From a virus (lineage: Duplodnaviria; Heunggongvirae; Uroviricota; Caudoviricetes), in IMG/VR virus record IMGVR_UViG_3300047554_000527, positions 8,387 to 72,386 of that record: a stretch of DNA of 64,000 nucleotides; one strand, 5' to 3'. Positions 25,888-33,589 of the stretch are shown piece after piece (position 1 is the stretch's first letter; each line of letters opens with the position of its first letter). The notes beneath the pieces were generated by a model. That model saw only the letters and a program-made list of their open reading frames with translations. It was not told where the DNA came from and searched no databases. A program made the position numbers and the translations under genes.

Positions 25888-26192
25888 TCTTCCTCTACTC
25901 TGATAACCAAAGGATATCCGTTTTGTCGGGCTAACATAGTTCCTTCGACGCCTTTTTGTTCGGCAATTTCGTGCGGATAAATTCCTGCAATGCCTGCACC
26001 TTCATTATGAACCTGCATAGTGACTGTTTTTGCACTGGCTTCATTATGTTTAAAAACGTGCATTAGTAGAGCAATGACAAAATCCATAGGAGTGTGGTCG
26101 TCATTCTGTAGGACAACTTTATAAAGTCCGGGGCTTAAGATATCAAAATCATTTTCAGTTTCGACGATATCTTTAGTTTTAGTTTCTGCCAT
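25884..26192 (-). CDS. clpS: ATP-dependent Clp protease adaptor ClpS
   Basis: YKVVLQNDDHTPMDFVIALLMHVF... matches ClpS core. Confidence 0.7.
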   Translation of the reverse strand: MAETKTKDIVETENDFDILSPGLYKVVLQNDDHTPMDFVIALLMHVFKHNEASAKTVTMQVHNEGAGIAGIYPHEIAEQKGVEGTMLARQNGYPLVIRVEEE

Positions 26193-26246
26193 CTTAAACT
26201 CTTTTCTGTGTATGGTGTAAATTGGGGGATTGCTCCCCCAATGCTT

Positions 26247-26672
26247 TTACTTGATGGCAATCATGCGAGGCTTGAGTGCTTCAGGTACTTCACGTGTTAG
26301 TTTAACACGAAGAATACCGTTTGTCAATTCTGCATCGCCCACGATGATATAATCAGCAAGTGTAAAGCTACGCTCAAAATCTCGAGCAGCTAGACCACGA
26401 TGTAGATACTTGCTAGCATCTTCATCTTTTAGACGCTGTCCTCGGATAGTGAGTTGGTTTTGATCAACTTCAATAGTGATATCCTCGCGATCAAACCCTG
26501 CAACAGCGATTTCAACTTCAAAAGTGTTGTCGTCGTGTTTTAGGACATTGTATGGTGGATAGTTGTGTTGAGCGGAGTTTGCAAAGCGTCTTTCAGCATC
26601 TGTGAAAATACGATCAAATCCGATAAGAGCTCTGTTTAGAGCAGAAGTGTCAAAACGAGTAATTGCGTTCAT
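26247..26672 (-). CDS. small heat-shock protein Hsp20 (IbpA-like)
   Basis: alpha-crystallin domain; start ATG 26672 after AGGAGA SD giving MNAITRFDTSALNRALIGFDRIF (IbpA-like N-terminus). Confidence 0.65.
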   Translation of the reverse strand: MNAITRFDTSALNRALIGFDRIFTDAERRFANSAQHNYPPYNVLKHDDNTFEVEIAVAGFDREDITIEVDQNQLTIRGQRLKDEDASKYLHRGLAARDFERSFTLADYIIVGDAELTNGILRVKLTREVPEALKPRMIAIK

Positions 26673-26752
26673 AGTTTTTCTCCTTAATAAGCAAGAACGT
26701 TTGGGCATTGTGCCCGATTTGTAAGACCCATTATGGCGTCCTACAAATTTAT

Positions 26753-27541
26753 TTATGCCGGCAAATTTGAAATTTCTTCCAAACTTGGAGCATAATTTCC
26801 TCGGTGCTGTACAGAAATACTAGCAGCCTTGTTAGCAAATAGTATAGCATCTTCTATGCTTTTTGTCTGTAGATACTGGTAGGCTAAAGATGCCAGAAAC
26901 GTATCCCCGCATCCACATACATCCATAACTTCTACTGCCCTTGTTGAAAACAGTGTTTCGGTATGAACTGTTTTTAGCATAGCTCCTCGATCGCCTAGTG
27001 TAACAATCAAGTTCCTTGGAATGCTGTATCTATTTTTGTATTCAGTTTCGTTGATTTTTATATAAGCATTATCGGCACTGAATCTCGATAAGTCTCGTTT
27101 CTTTGTGTCAATAAACACAGGACAGTTGGCAGACCTAATAACATGCTCAATATGCTCATAGGTTAGAAAACCTTTATCGTAATCAGAAATAACTACAGCA
27201 TCGAACGGTCCTGCAGGGATCTTTCCACTCCAGGGTGTTAGACTGTGTTCGTTATCGACTCGCAATAAGTGTTGCCCCGACTTTTTATCAATGAAGCGAG
27301 TTTTAGTTATAGTTTCGTAGTTAGTTATAAAATCAGGATCGATGCCTAAAGCAGTAAAGTTTCTGAATACATTCTCGGACATGCCGGGCAAGGACATTGT
27401 TTCAACTACCTTAATAACAGGTACAGGTGCTTCCGGGCTAAGTCTATCAACTGTGCCTATTTTATATTCGTCAATACAACTATCACCTATCAGCAATACG
27501 TTGAATGATGTTTGTTGTTGAATAGTCCCCGACTCGTTCAT
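26753..27541 (-). CDS. PfkB-family carbohydrate kinase (RfaE domain I-like D-glycero-beta-D-manno-heptose-7-phosphate kinase)
   Basis: N-terminal VLLIGDSCIDEY, C-terminal DVCGCGDTFLASLA (PfkB GAGD-like motif). Confidence 0.6.
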   Translation of the reverse strand: MNESGTIQQQTSFNVLLIGDSCIDEYKIGTVDRLSPEAPVPVIKVVETMSLPGMSENVFRNFTALGIDPDFITNYETITKTRFIDKKSGQHLLRVDNEHSLTPWSGKIPAGPFDAVVISDYDKGFLTYEHIEHVIRSANCPVFIDTKKRDLSRFSADNAYIKINETEYKNRYSIPRNLIVTLGDRGAMLKTVHTETLFSTRAVEVMDVCGCGDTFLASLAYQYLQTKSIEDAILFANKAASISVQHRGNYAPSLEEISNLPA

Positions 27542-27881
27542 AATAAATTACTTCTTTAGAATATTGATGGGCAGTACCCTCTCCGCCCTTCCAGTCACTG
27601 CCTTTGACATAGACCTCCGGTTTCCAACCTTTCATGATTTCAATCAGTTCTTCTTTACTGTCAAAGAACATAACTGCATCTACAGCTTTTAGATTTAATA
27701 AATGAAATTTTCGATCTTCTTGATTGTTAATAGGCCGATCAGTGCCCTTGAGCTCTTTTACACGACGGTCAGTATCTATAGCTACCAACAGCCGATCACC
27801 TTGACTACGTGCAAAGTTTAATAGTTCTATATGGCCCCTGTGTAGTATGTCAAAGGTACCATTAACCATTACACGTTTCAT
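27483..27881 (-). CDS. cytidylyltransferase-fold nucleotidyltransferase (RfaE domain II-like heptose-1-phosphate adenylyltransferase)
   Basis: VNGTFDILHRGHIELL (HxGH motif). Confidence 0.6.
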   Translation of the reverse strand: MKRVMVNGTFDILHRGHIELLNFARSQGDRLLVAIDTDRRVKELKGTDRPINNQEDRKFHLLNLKAVDAVMFFDSKEELIEIMKGWKPEVYVKGSDWKGGEGTAHQYSKEVIYYERVGDYSTTNIIQRIADR

Positions 27882-28234
27882 TTTTGACTGTCGCCCGGAG
27901 CAACACGATAATTGTCTGCGATTGAGTCCGGCGTGCTAACTTCAATGATAGTACCCTCTTCAATGCAGATCAGTTGATGCGGCTCGAGCGGCTCATTACG
28001 CCATGTACTACCTTCTTCAAGAATTTCTACTCGGCGACTAGCATCATGAGTTATAATGTAATGAACTTCAAACTTACCGTTGAGTACATACCAAGTCTCA
28101 TCTTTCTGTGCGTGGAAGTGCATGGAGAACTTTGCACCTTTGTTGAACTTTAGCAGTTTGCCGCAGTATTTGTCGTTGGTGGCCCAGATAAGTTCGTGCC
28201 CCCAACCTTTTTCTACGAATCCTTCGAGTCTCAT
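27878..28234 (-). CDS. cupin-domain protein
   Basis: 118 aa, His-rich two-motif cupin pattern (FSMHFHAQKDETWYVL...). Confidence 0.4.
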   Translation of the reverse strand: MRLEGFVEKGWGHELIWATNDKYCGKLLKFNKGAKFSMHFHAQKDETWYVLNGKFEVHYIITHDASRRVEILEEGSTWRNEPLEPHQLICIEEGTIIEVSTPDSIADNYRVAPGDSQK

Positions 28235-28482
28235 TAATATTCCTTGAGTTTTTGTTTTATGTCTTTGTGTTTGACAATTAAGATATTATGTCTCACACCA
28301 TTATATATGACAGGAAGGTCGGGCATGACGGTAATTCTGGGTCCTTCTATTAAACTGACTAACGTATCGTTACCTACACTGCCAATAAAGGGTATCTTGT
28401 TCCAATAGCCGAATACACGATCTCCAATAAAGTATTTAGGCTTGTAGGCAATCTTGTCAAAATATTCAGCATAGTTAGCCAT
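28234..28482 (-). CDS. hypothetical protein
   Basis: 82-aa ORF, 1-nt overlap with upstream gene. Confidence 0.3.
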   Translation of the reverse strand: MANYAEYFDKIAYKPKYFIGDRVFGYWNKIPFIGSVGNDTLVSLIEGPRITVMPDLPVIYNGVRHNILIVKHKDIKQKLKEY

Positions 28483-28666
28483 CTAACGGATCTCCAAAAA
28501 TATGATTCATCATACGCTTTTCTACCTGCTCTTTATCACATTTAGTAGTAGCACAATCGAAACAGATTTGTTCGCCGTTAGGCCCATAAGGACGGCATTC
28601 TGCAATTATACCACACATTTCGCAAGCCTGAGGAGGTTCCTCCATAATAACACCGCGACCGCTCAT
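28475..28666 (-). CDS. hypothetical zinc-ribbon protein
   Basis: CEMCG...CFDC four-Cys pattern. Confidence 0.3.
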   Translation of the reverse strand: MSGRGVIMEEPPQACEMCGIIAECRPYGPNGEQICFDCATTKCDKEQVEKRMMNHIFGDPLDG

Positions 28667-28878
28667 TTTGGCACTCCAATAAAATTTCTTAGATCTCGAA
28701 ACGCTTCTTCACGTCCCGCCTTATATGCTTGATTTAGAGCATCGACAATTTGCCAAGGCTTTAGATCTTCTTTGCGGATAACATAAGTTCTGAAGTCTGC
28801 ACTAAGACCGTGATCAAGCAGAATATCGCAAGGCTCGTAGCCGTTATCCGTTTCTCTAATACAGTAAAGGCGTGTCAT
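28663..28878 (-). CDS. hypothetical protein
   Basis: 71-aa ORF, overlapping start/stop packing. Confidence 0.3.
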   Translation of the reverse strand: MTRLYCIRETDNGYEPCDILLDHGLSADFRTYVIRKEDLKPWQIVDALNQAYKAGREEAFRDLRNFIGVPK

Positions 28879-29117
28879 TTTTTACTCGAGTTTGTTAATA
28901 GATACATGCTAACTTCGGGACCATCTACTTTAACAAGGTCTTGCGGATACTTATTCTGTTCCCACTTACTACCGATCTTAGCAACTTTGATCATTTTAGG
29001 GTTAAACTTTTTAATAACGCCAATGCCCAAGCTATTGCTCTGCGGATATACTACGCAGTCTCCAAGTTCGAGTATCCTACCTAGTTTGTCTTTATGTTGA
29101 GGTATTTCTTTAGCCAT
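28875..29117 (-). CDS. hypothetical protein
   Basis: 80-aa ORF in operon. Confidence 0.3.
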   Translation of the reverse strand: MAKEIPQHKDKLGRILELGDCVVYPQSNSLGIGVIKKFNPKMIKVAKIGSKWEQNKYPQDLVKVDGPEVSMYLLTNSSKK

Positions 29118-29413
29118 TAGTGGTAGCCTTCCTCTTCAGTATAAACCATCCAACGACCTTCTTCTTCATTCCAATGACGATTGTCGTAGAATGTAAAGCC
29201 AATGTGATATCCTAGTAATCCCAATTCAATATTAAATCCTGCGTGATCCTGACGAGTTGTTATTTCAATTTCAATACGGAACAGCTCAGGGCCTTTCATT
29301 ATTTGAAGTTCCCAGAATTTATTCTTAAATGGAGTATCTCCCATCCAAACTTTAATGTTCTTAAAGCGGTCCCACCAAAAAGGATTACGGATGTTGATAT
29401 TAAAGTAGATCAT
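29117..29413 (-). CDS. hypothetical protein
   Basis: 98-aa ORF. Confidence 0.3.
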   Translation of the reverse strand: MIYFNINIRNPFWWDRFKNIKVWMGDTPFKNKFWELQIMKGPELFRIEIEITTRQDHAGFNIELGLLGYHIGFTFYDNRHWNEEEGRWMVYTEEEGYH

Positions 29414-29886
29414 TCTTCGTCATCTCGTAGTTGGTCACGGTAGAAAGACAACTGATCAATCATATTTTGAATCCCTAGTCGATTCATAGTAACTTCACTA
29501 TAGCCCATAGTGAAGGATACTCGATTGTTATCAGTTAAACCTAACCGGTAATAGGTCCTGCCTGCCTTTTCGGGTTCAGGTTCTGGGGGCTCTACTTCCG
29601 GCATTTTGGGATAAGATTTAGGTTCCGGGAACTTAACTACATTAGTTTTTTCCATATCGTCTCCATTCTTTTTAATAAATCTAAAAAAATCAAACATTAA
29701 AGGCTCCATGTTAAAATAACGTGCTACCGGAGGGCACCAAAGAGGAATACTGAGTACCAATACGAAACACAGCGTTGCAAGTTCAGGTCGGGCTATCTTA
29801 GTTGTGATAAAGATAATGCCTACGATGAAATAGACAAAACTCGTCCAAAACAAATAGTAGCCACTTGTGCGTCCAAAGAGTTTCAT
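29410..29886 (-). CDS. hypothetical membrane protein
   Basis: two predicted TM segments near N-terminus. Confidence 0.35.
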   Translation of the reverse strand: MKLFGRTSGYYLFWTSFVYFIVGIIFITTKIARPELATLCFVLVLSIPLWCPPVARYFNMEPLMFDFFRFIKKNGDDMEKTNVVKFPEPKSYPKMPEVEPPEPEPEKAGRTYYRLGLTDNNRVSFTMGYSEVTMNRLGIQNMIDQLSFYRDQLRDDEE

Positions 29887-30086
29887 TTTGACCTCACACA
29901 GCGATAAGCATCAGTTTTCAATCCCAGCTGACGGGCGGCATCCTCACACATTTCTCGACCATTTTTACCCACATCAACGGAATTATAAAACTCGCCCAAT
30001 GGTCGCCAATCGTATTTGATAACATCGGCAGACTTGGCAGAAGCCCCTGCGCCAACTACTGTCCAGATCATTAGGATATAAATCAT
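29883..30086 (-). CDS. hypothetical secreted small protein
   Basis: signal-like N-terminus MIYILMIWTVVGAGASA. Confidence 0.3.
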   Translation of the reverse strand: MIYILMIWTVVGAGASAKSADVIKYDWRPLGEFYNSVDVGKNGREMCEDAARQLGLKTDAYRCVRSK

Positions 30087-31054
30087 TCTTCGATGTACTC
30101 CTCTTCTTCACCAACATTCTCAGACTCCCACTCTGCCTTTTCCTTATCCAACACAGTAACGGTAGCGTCGGCAAGCAAACGTAGAGCACCGCCACTGGAA
30201 CTTTGACTTCCTTCGTGTCCGCCCGGAATCCAAGTCTTACGTGCGGCGTGCATGAACCCATCGATGAATACAGCCTTGAGGTGATCGACAAGAACTTTTT
30301 CCAAATTGTTGATAGATTCAACTGTGCCTACTTCGAGTCCTCGGCGGATAACACTCTTCATATCTACAATGCGGCTGTAACGATAACTGTCCCCACGCAA
30401 CCATTTGGCTACCTTGTTAGGATGTCCATATGGAAACAAACCTTCAAAGCCATCGTAGAGCATGTAGCTGGCTAGTGTGTCGTTTTCGTCTTCTTTTGCT
30501 TTAGCAATCTTTTCCATTGCCTCGTTCAGCAAAGGCCGAATGTCTGCTACAATATCAGCAAACTTATATTTGATATAGTTGTTGCCGTAGCCGCAGGTGC
30601 CTTTGCCTTCTCCGACATAGTCTTGGATACGACGATTCTCAAGGATATGATCTACAATGTCCTTACGGAACATAGTGAAGTAAATCTGTGTAGGTTCTGC
30701 ACTAAGGCGTCCTTGGATCTGCAAACGATCTTCATGCACAGCTTCAAAAAACTTTTCCGGAGTGAATCCTTCTTTCTTGACAGCAATGTCGTGGTACTGA
30801 TTTTCACCTACTTCCATTTCTACAAGATCTTTTTTAATACCGCCCATGATCAAGTTAAGAGCAATACCATGACTGTCTTCGCCACCGCCGTAGTCATCGT
30901 AGGTGCTTTCAAATGGCAGAAGCAAGGGAGTAAATAGGCTAGTGCTATAGCAATGATCGTATGACTTGTTCTTTTCCAAAACAAACACATACACAGGAGT
31001 GCCCGCAGTAATGTGCAAATTGCTCAGGCCACAGGTTTTATTCCAACATCCCAT
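30083..31054 (-). CDS. hypothetical protein
   Basis: 323-aa ORF, no recognisable motif. Confidence 0.4.
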   Translation of the reverse strand: MGCWNKTCGLSNLHITAGTPVYVFVLEKNKSYDHCYSTSLFTPLLLPFESTYDDYGGGEDSHGIALNLIMGGIKKDLVEMEVGENQYHDIAVKKEGFTPEKFFEAVHEDRLQIQGRLSAEPTQIYFTMFRKDIVDHILENRRIQDYVGEGKGTCGYGNNYIKYKFADIVADIRPLLNEAMEKIAKAKEDENDTLASYMLYDGFEGLFPYGHPNKVAKWLRGDSYRYSRIVDMKSVIRRGLEVGTVESINNLEKVLVDHLKAVFIDGFMHAARKTWIPGGHEGSQSSSGGALRLLADATVTVLDKEKAEWESENVGEEEEYIEE

Positions 31055-31056
31055 GA

Positions 31057-31335
31057 TTACATCTTTCCAAAACTGCCAGGCTTGCCAGCATTAGGGTTTT
31101 CACAACGAACACCTTTGCCAAACTCGTCGAGAATTTGACGAGCCTGTCCTTCTTGCCCAACAATGAACTTGTATCCTTCGATACAACGGCTTTCAGTCAT
31201 ACCATTAATACCCCAGCTGATGGTATTGTTATTACTGGTATTGCCGGTAATAACTGGTATTGCAATCAATACAATGCAACAGGCAAAAATTGCCAGCACC
31301 ATAATTTCAATTAGAGACATTCCACGTTGTTTCAT
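31057..31335 (-). CDS. type IV pilin-like / pseudopilin-like protein (prepilin N-terminal methylation motif)
   Basis: N-terminus MKQRG-MSLIEIMVLAIFACCIVLIAIPV: G|(M)SLIE with Glu at +5 and hydrophobic helix. Confidence 0.5.
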   Translation of the reverse strand: MKQRGMSLIEIMVLAIFACCIVLIAIPVITGNTSNNNTISWGINGMTESRCIEGYKFIVGQEGQARQILDEFGKGVRCENPNAGKPGSFGKM

Positions 31336-31505
31336 TTTGAAGCCTTTTCATTACGAACCGCAGTCCAGACTAGAGGAGCAAACAGTACAATCATAAACAC
31401 AATCCAGGGCAAGACGGCACTTTTAAAAAGTTCGAAATCCAGGATATAAAACATGTAGCAGGTAAATGCCACTAACGAATAAGCAAGATAACCAAAAACA
31501 GCCAT
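31332..31505 (-). CDS. small hypothetical membrane protein (57 aa, below ORF-track cutoff)
   Basis: ATG 31505, two hydrophobic segments, ATGA overlap with pilin-like gene start. Confidence 0.25.
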   Translation of the reverse strand: MAVFGYLAYSLVAFTCYMFYILDFELFKSAVLPWIVFMIVLFAPLVWTAVRNEKASK

Positions 31506-31540
31506 TTCGGTCTTTCAGCATTAGTTGAACATGTATATAT

Positions 31541-31568
31541 TATAGCATAAAAGAAAAGGGCCGTCAAG
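31541..31568 (-). terminator. rho-independent terminator after SPFH gene
   Basis: AAGGGCC-gtcaa-GGCCCTT hairpin followed on minus strand by U-rich tract. Confidence 0.55.
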
Positions 31569-31591
31569 GCCCTTGTTCTTGTTTTTATTGC

Positions 31592-32398
31592 TTACTTAGG
31601 CAACATCAACGATGTCATGTTGCTAGGAACAACGATAGTCTGAACCTTACCATTCTTAATACCTTCGGAGATATTCAGAGCAGCCTGAGCATTCATGAAT
31701 GCAATTGAGCTAGAACTGTTGTTAGCCAGAGCAGCCATTCGACGTGCTTCTGCTTCGGCAGTTTTAACTTCGATTTCCTTTTGCTTCAACTCGTTCTTGC
31801 TACGAACCAAATCGTTAGCACTTTGAACAACACTATCAGCTGGAGTTACGTTACGAATCATAACCTGTGTAATAGTAATAGCACCATCTAGTTTTTCCTC
31901 AGCAAGGTTACGAGTGATTTCGTCCTTGATGAAGTTTTCCATGGCATCTCGGTTATCTGCCATGTCCAATGCTTCGTGCTTACGTGCGGCCTTGTAGATA
32001 GCGTTACGTGCATTTTGGACAATGTAGTTGTACATCAAGTAGGTATCACCTTTGTGATCAGCGTGGAAACTGCGGTTCTTAGTTGAGTACAGTTCTGCGG
32101 CCTGATTCTTATTGAGGTTATAAACAACCACAGCATCAAGATCCTTCATAGTGCTGTTGTCTTTGGCAACAGGAGTCATATTCTCCAAAACCACATTGAC
32201 ATCCTTGTAGGGGAAAGTCAAGACATCACCGATCAAGACTTGATTGAACGAGCCTGGCTCAAGTTCGCCCGGTTTGACCTGTTTGTCAAAACCAACTCGG
32301 ACACCAACCTCACCAGTTTCAATACGAGTACAACCAGTAGCAAAAACGGCCATACCCAAAACAGCAGCCACCAAACCAAAACGCTTCATTTTCAACAT
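31592..32398 (-). CDS. SPFH/band-7 (stomatin/prohibitin/HflKC-like) lipoprotein
   Basis: lipobox FATGC, SPFH-like core and C-terminal coiled coil (KQKEIEVKTAEAEARRMAA). Confidence 0.6.
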   Translation of the reverse strand: MLKMKRFGLVAAVLGMAVFATGCTRIETGEVGVRVGFDKQVKPGELEPGSFNQVLIGDVLTFPYKDVNVVLENMTPVAKDNSTMKDLDAVVVYNLNKNQAAELYSTKNRSFHADHKGDTYLMYNYIVQNARNAIYKAARKHEALDMADNRDAMENFIKDEITRNLAEEKLDGAITITQVMIRNVTPADSVVQSANDLVRSKNELKQKEIEVKTAEAEARRMAALANNSSSSIAFMNAQAALNISEGIKNGKVQTIVVPSNMTSLMLPK

Positions 32399-32410
32399 TT
32401 CATTTCCTTA

Positions 32411-32588
32411 AATTAAAAGAGGATTACCAAACCAAACATCAGTATCATCGCAACTGATGCACTAATTATAGCATAGACCGCGGCCTTTGTCAAGTCCAGG
32501 GCCTGCTTTCCTGTCATCTTTTGGACTCCAAGAATGCCTGCCCAGACCAGAGCCGCTAATACCAAGAATAGTAAAATGACTCTGATCA
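32411..32588 (-). CDS. small two-TM membrane protein upstream of SPFH gene (NfeD-like partner?)
   Basis: 58-aa ORF, two hydrophobic helices. Confidence 0.25.
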
Positions 32589-32592
32589 TGGA

Positions 32593-33588
32593 TTAGTCCT
32601 TAGTTGGAAACGGCCACTGTGCGGCAGGATTTTGACCTGCTGGCTTAGCCTTGGGCACATAGCGCCAACGTTCTGCTTGACCGTGATCAGCATCTAGGAC
32701 TCCAAGATCGTAGCCGTTGTCATAGTTCTGATAATCCTTACCACTATAGGTGTTATGGTAGTCCAAACGGCGGAAACCATCGCTGTAACCCTTCTTAAAG
32801 GCACTGTCGCCTTCGCGCGGAGCATCCGCATAAACAGTTTGGGTACCGTTGGCATTGGCCTGTACAGGAGCAGTAAAAGCATCTTCTGCCTTGACGCCCA
32901 TTTCACCGATAACTTCGTAGCGGCAAGCACGACCTTTGGCGCCGTTGTAGTCCGACGGAATCGAAACAACGTCACGTGGATTGATCTTGACAATAACGAT
33001 ACGGCTGTCACTGCCACCGAAGTGGTCCAGGTAACTCATACCACAGAAGTGAAGACCAGTGGAGCAGGTTTGATCCTTGTTGTCATCAACTTGGTTACGT
33101 TCCATTTCCACAATCTTACCAGGACTATTGTCCATAGTACCTGAATGGATATCCAGGAAGTTACGACGGACTTTCTTGTAAGCAAGGAAGTGACCATCTG
33201 GAGTTAGCGGCAGGTTGTTCTTTTCCAAGAAGCCGTAGAGTTCATCGACTGAACGCTTGCTTGGGTTCAACATGAGGTTTTCCATGAACAGAACCATGGG
33301 CTCAATGCTAAAGCCTTCTTCCAGCATGGCAATCATACGAGTTGCCAGTACGCCAGCAAACGGAGCACCTTTCCAGAACAGTTTCTCGCCCTGGATGCTA
33401 ACGTTACCACGACCGTAGTTGAGTACGATTTTAACTGGATCGATGATCTGCTTGACAGCATCCCAATCTCCGGCCTTGATAGCTTCAACTACCTTGGTAT
33501 AGGTAATGTGGGTTTTCGCAATAGTATGCGGCTTGCCATCAATAACAACAGTTACGTTTTGGCCTTGGATAATAAACGGATAACTCAT
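32593..33588 (-). CDS. rIIB: rIIB protein
   Basis: extended colinear match to T4 rIIB (...LENL..NPS...V..L..FL.N......DG.F.AYK.V...HS.T.DNSPGK.V.M.R..V.D...QTCS.GLH.C..SY..HFG.S.SR.V.VK..PRDVVSIP.DYN.AK.R.C.YEV); start 33588 right after rIIA stop. Confidence 0.85.
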   Translation of the reverse strand: MSYPFIIQGQNVTVVIDGKPHTIAKTHITYTKVVEAIKAGDWDAVKQIIDPVKIVLNYGRGNVSIQGEKLFWKGAPFAGVLATRMIAMLEEGFSIEPMVLFMENLMLNPSKRSVDELYGFLEKNNLPLTPDGHFLAYKKVRRNFLDIHSGTMDNSPGKIVEMERNQVDDNKDQTCSTGLHFCGMSYLDHFGGSDSRIVIVKINPRDVVSIPSDYNGAKGRACRYEVIGEMGVKAEDAFTAPVQANANGTQTVYADAPREGDSAFKKGYSDGFRRLDYHNTYSGKDYQNYDNGYDLGVLDADHGQAERWRYVPKAKPAGQNPAAQWPFPTKD

Positions 33589-33589
33589 T

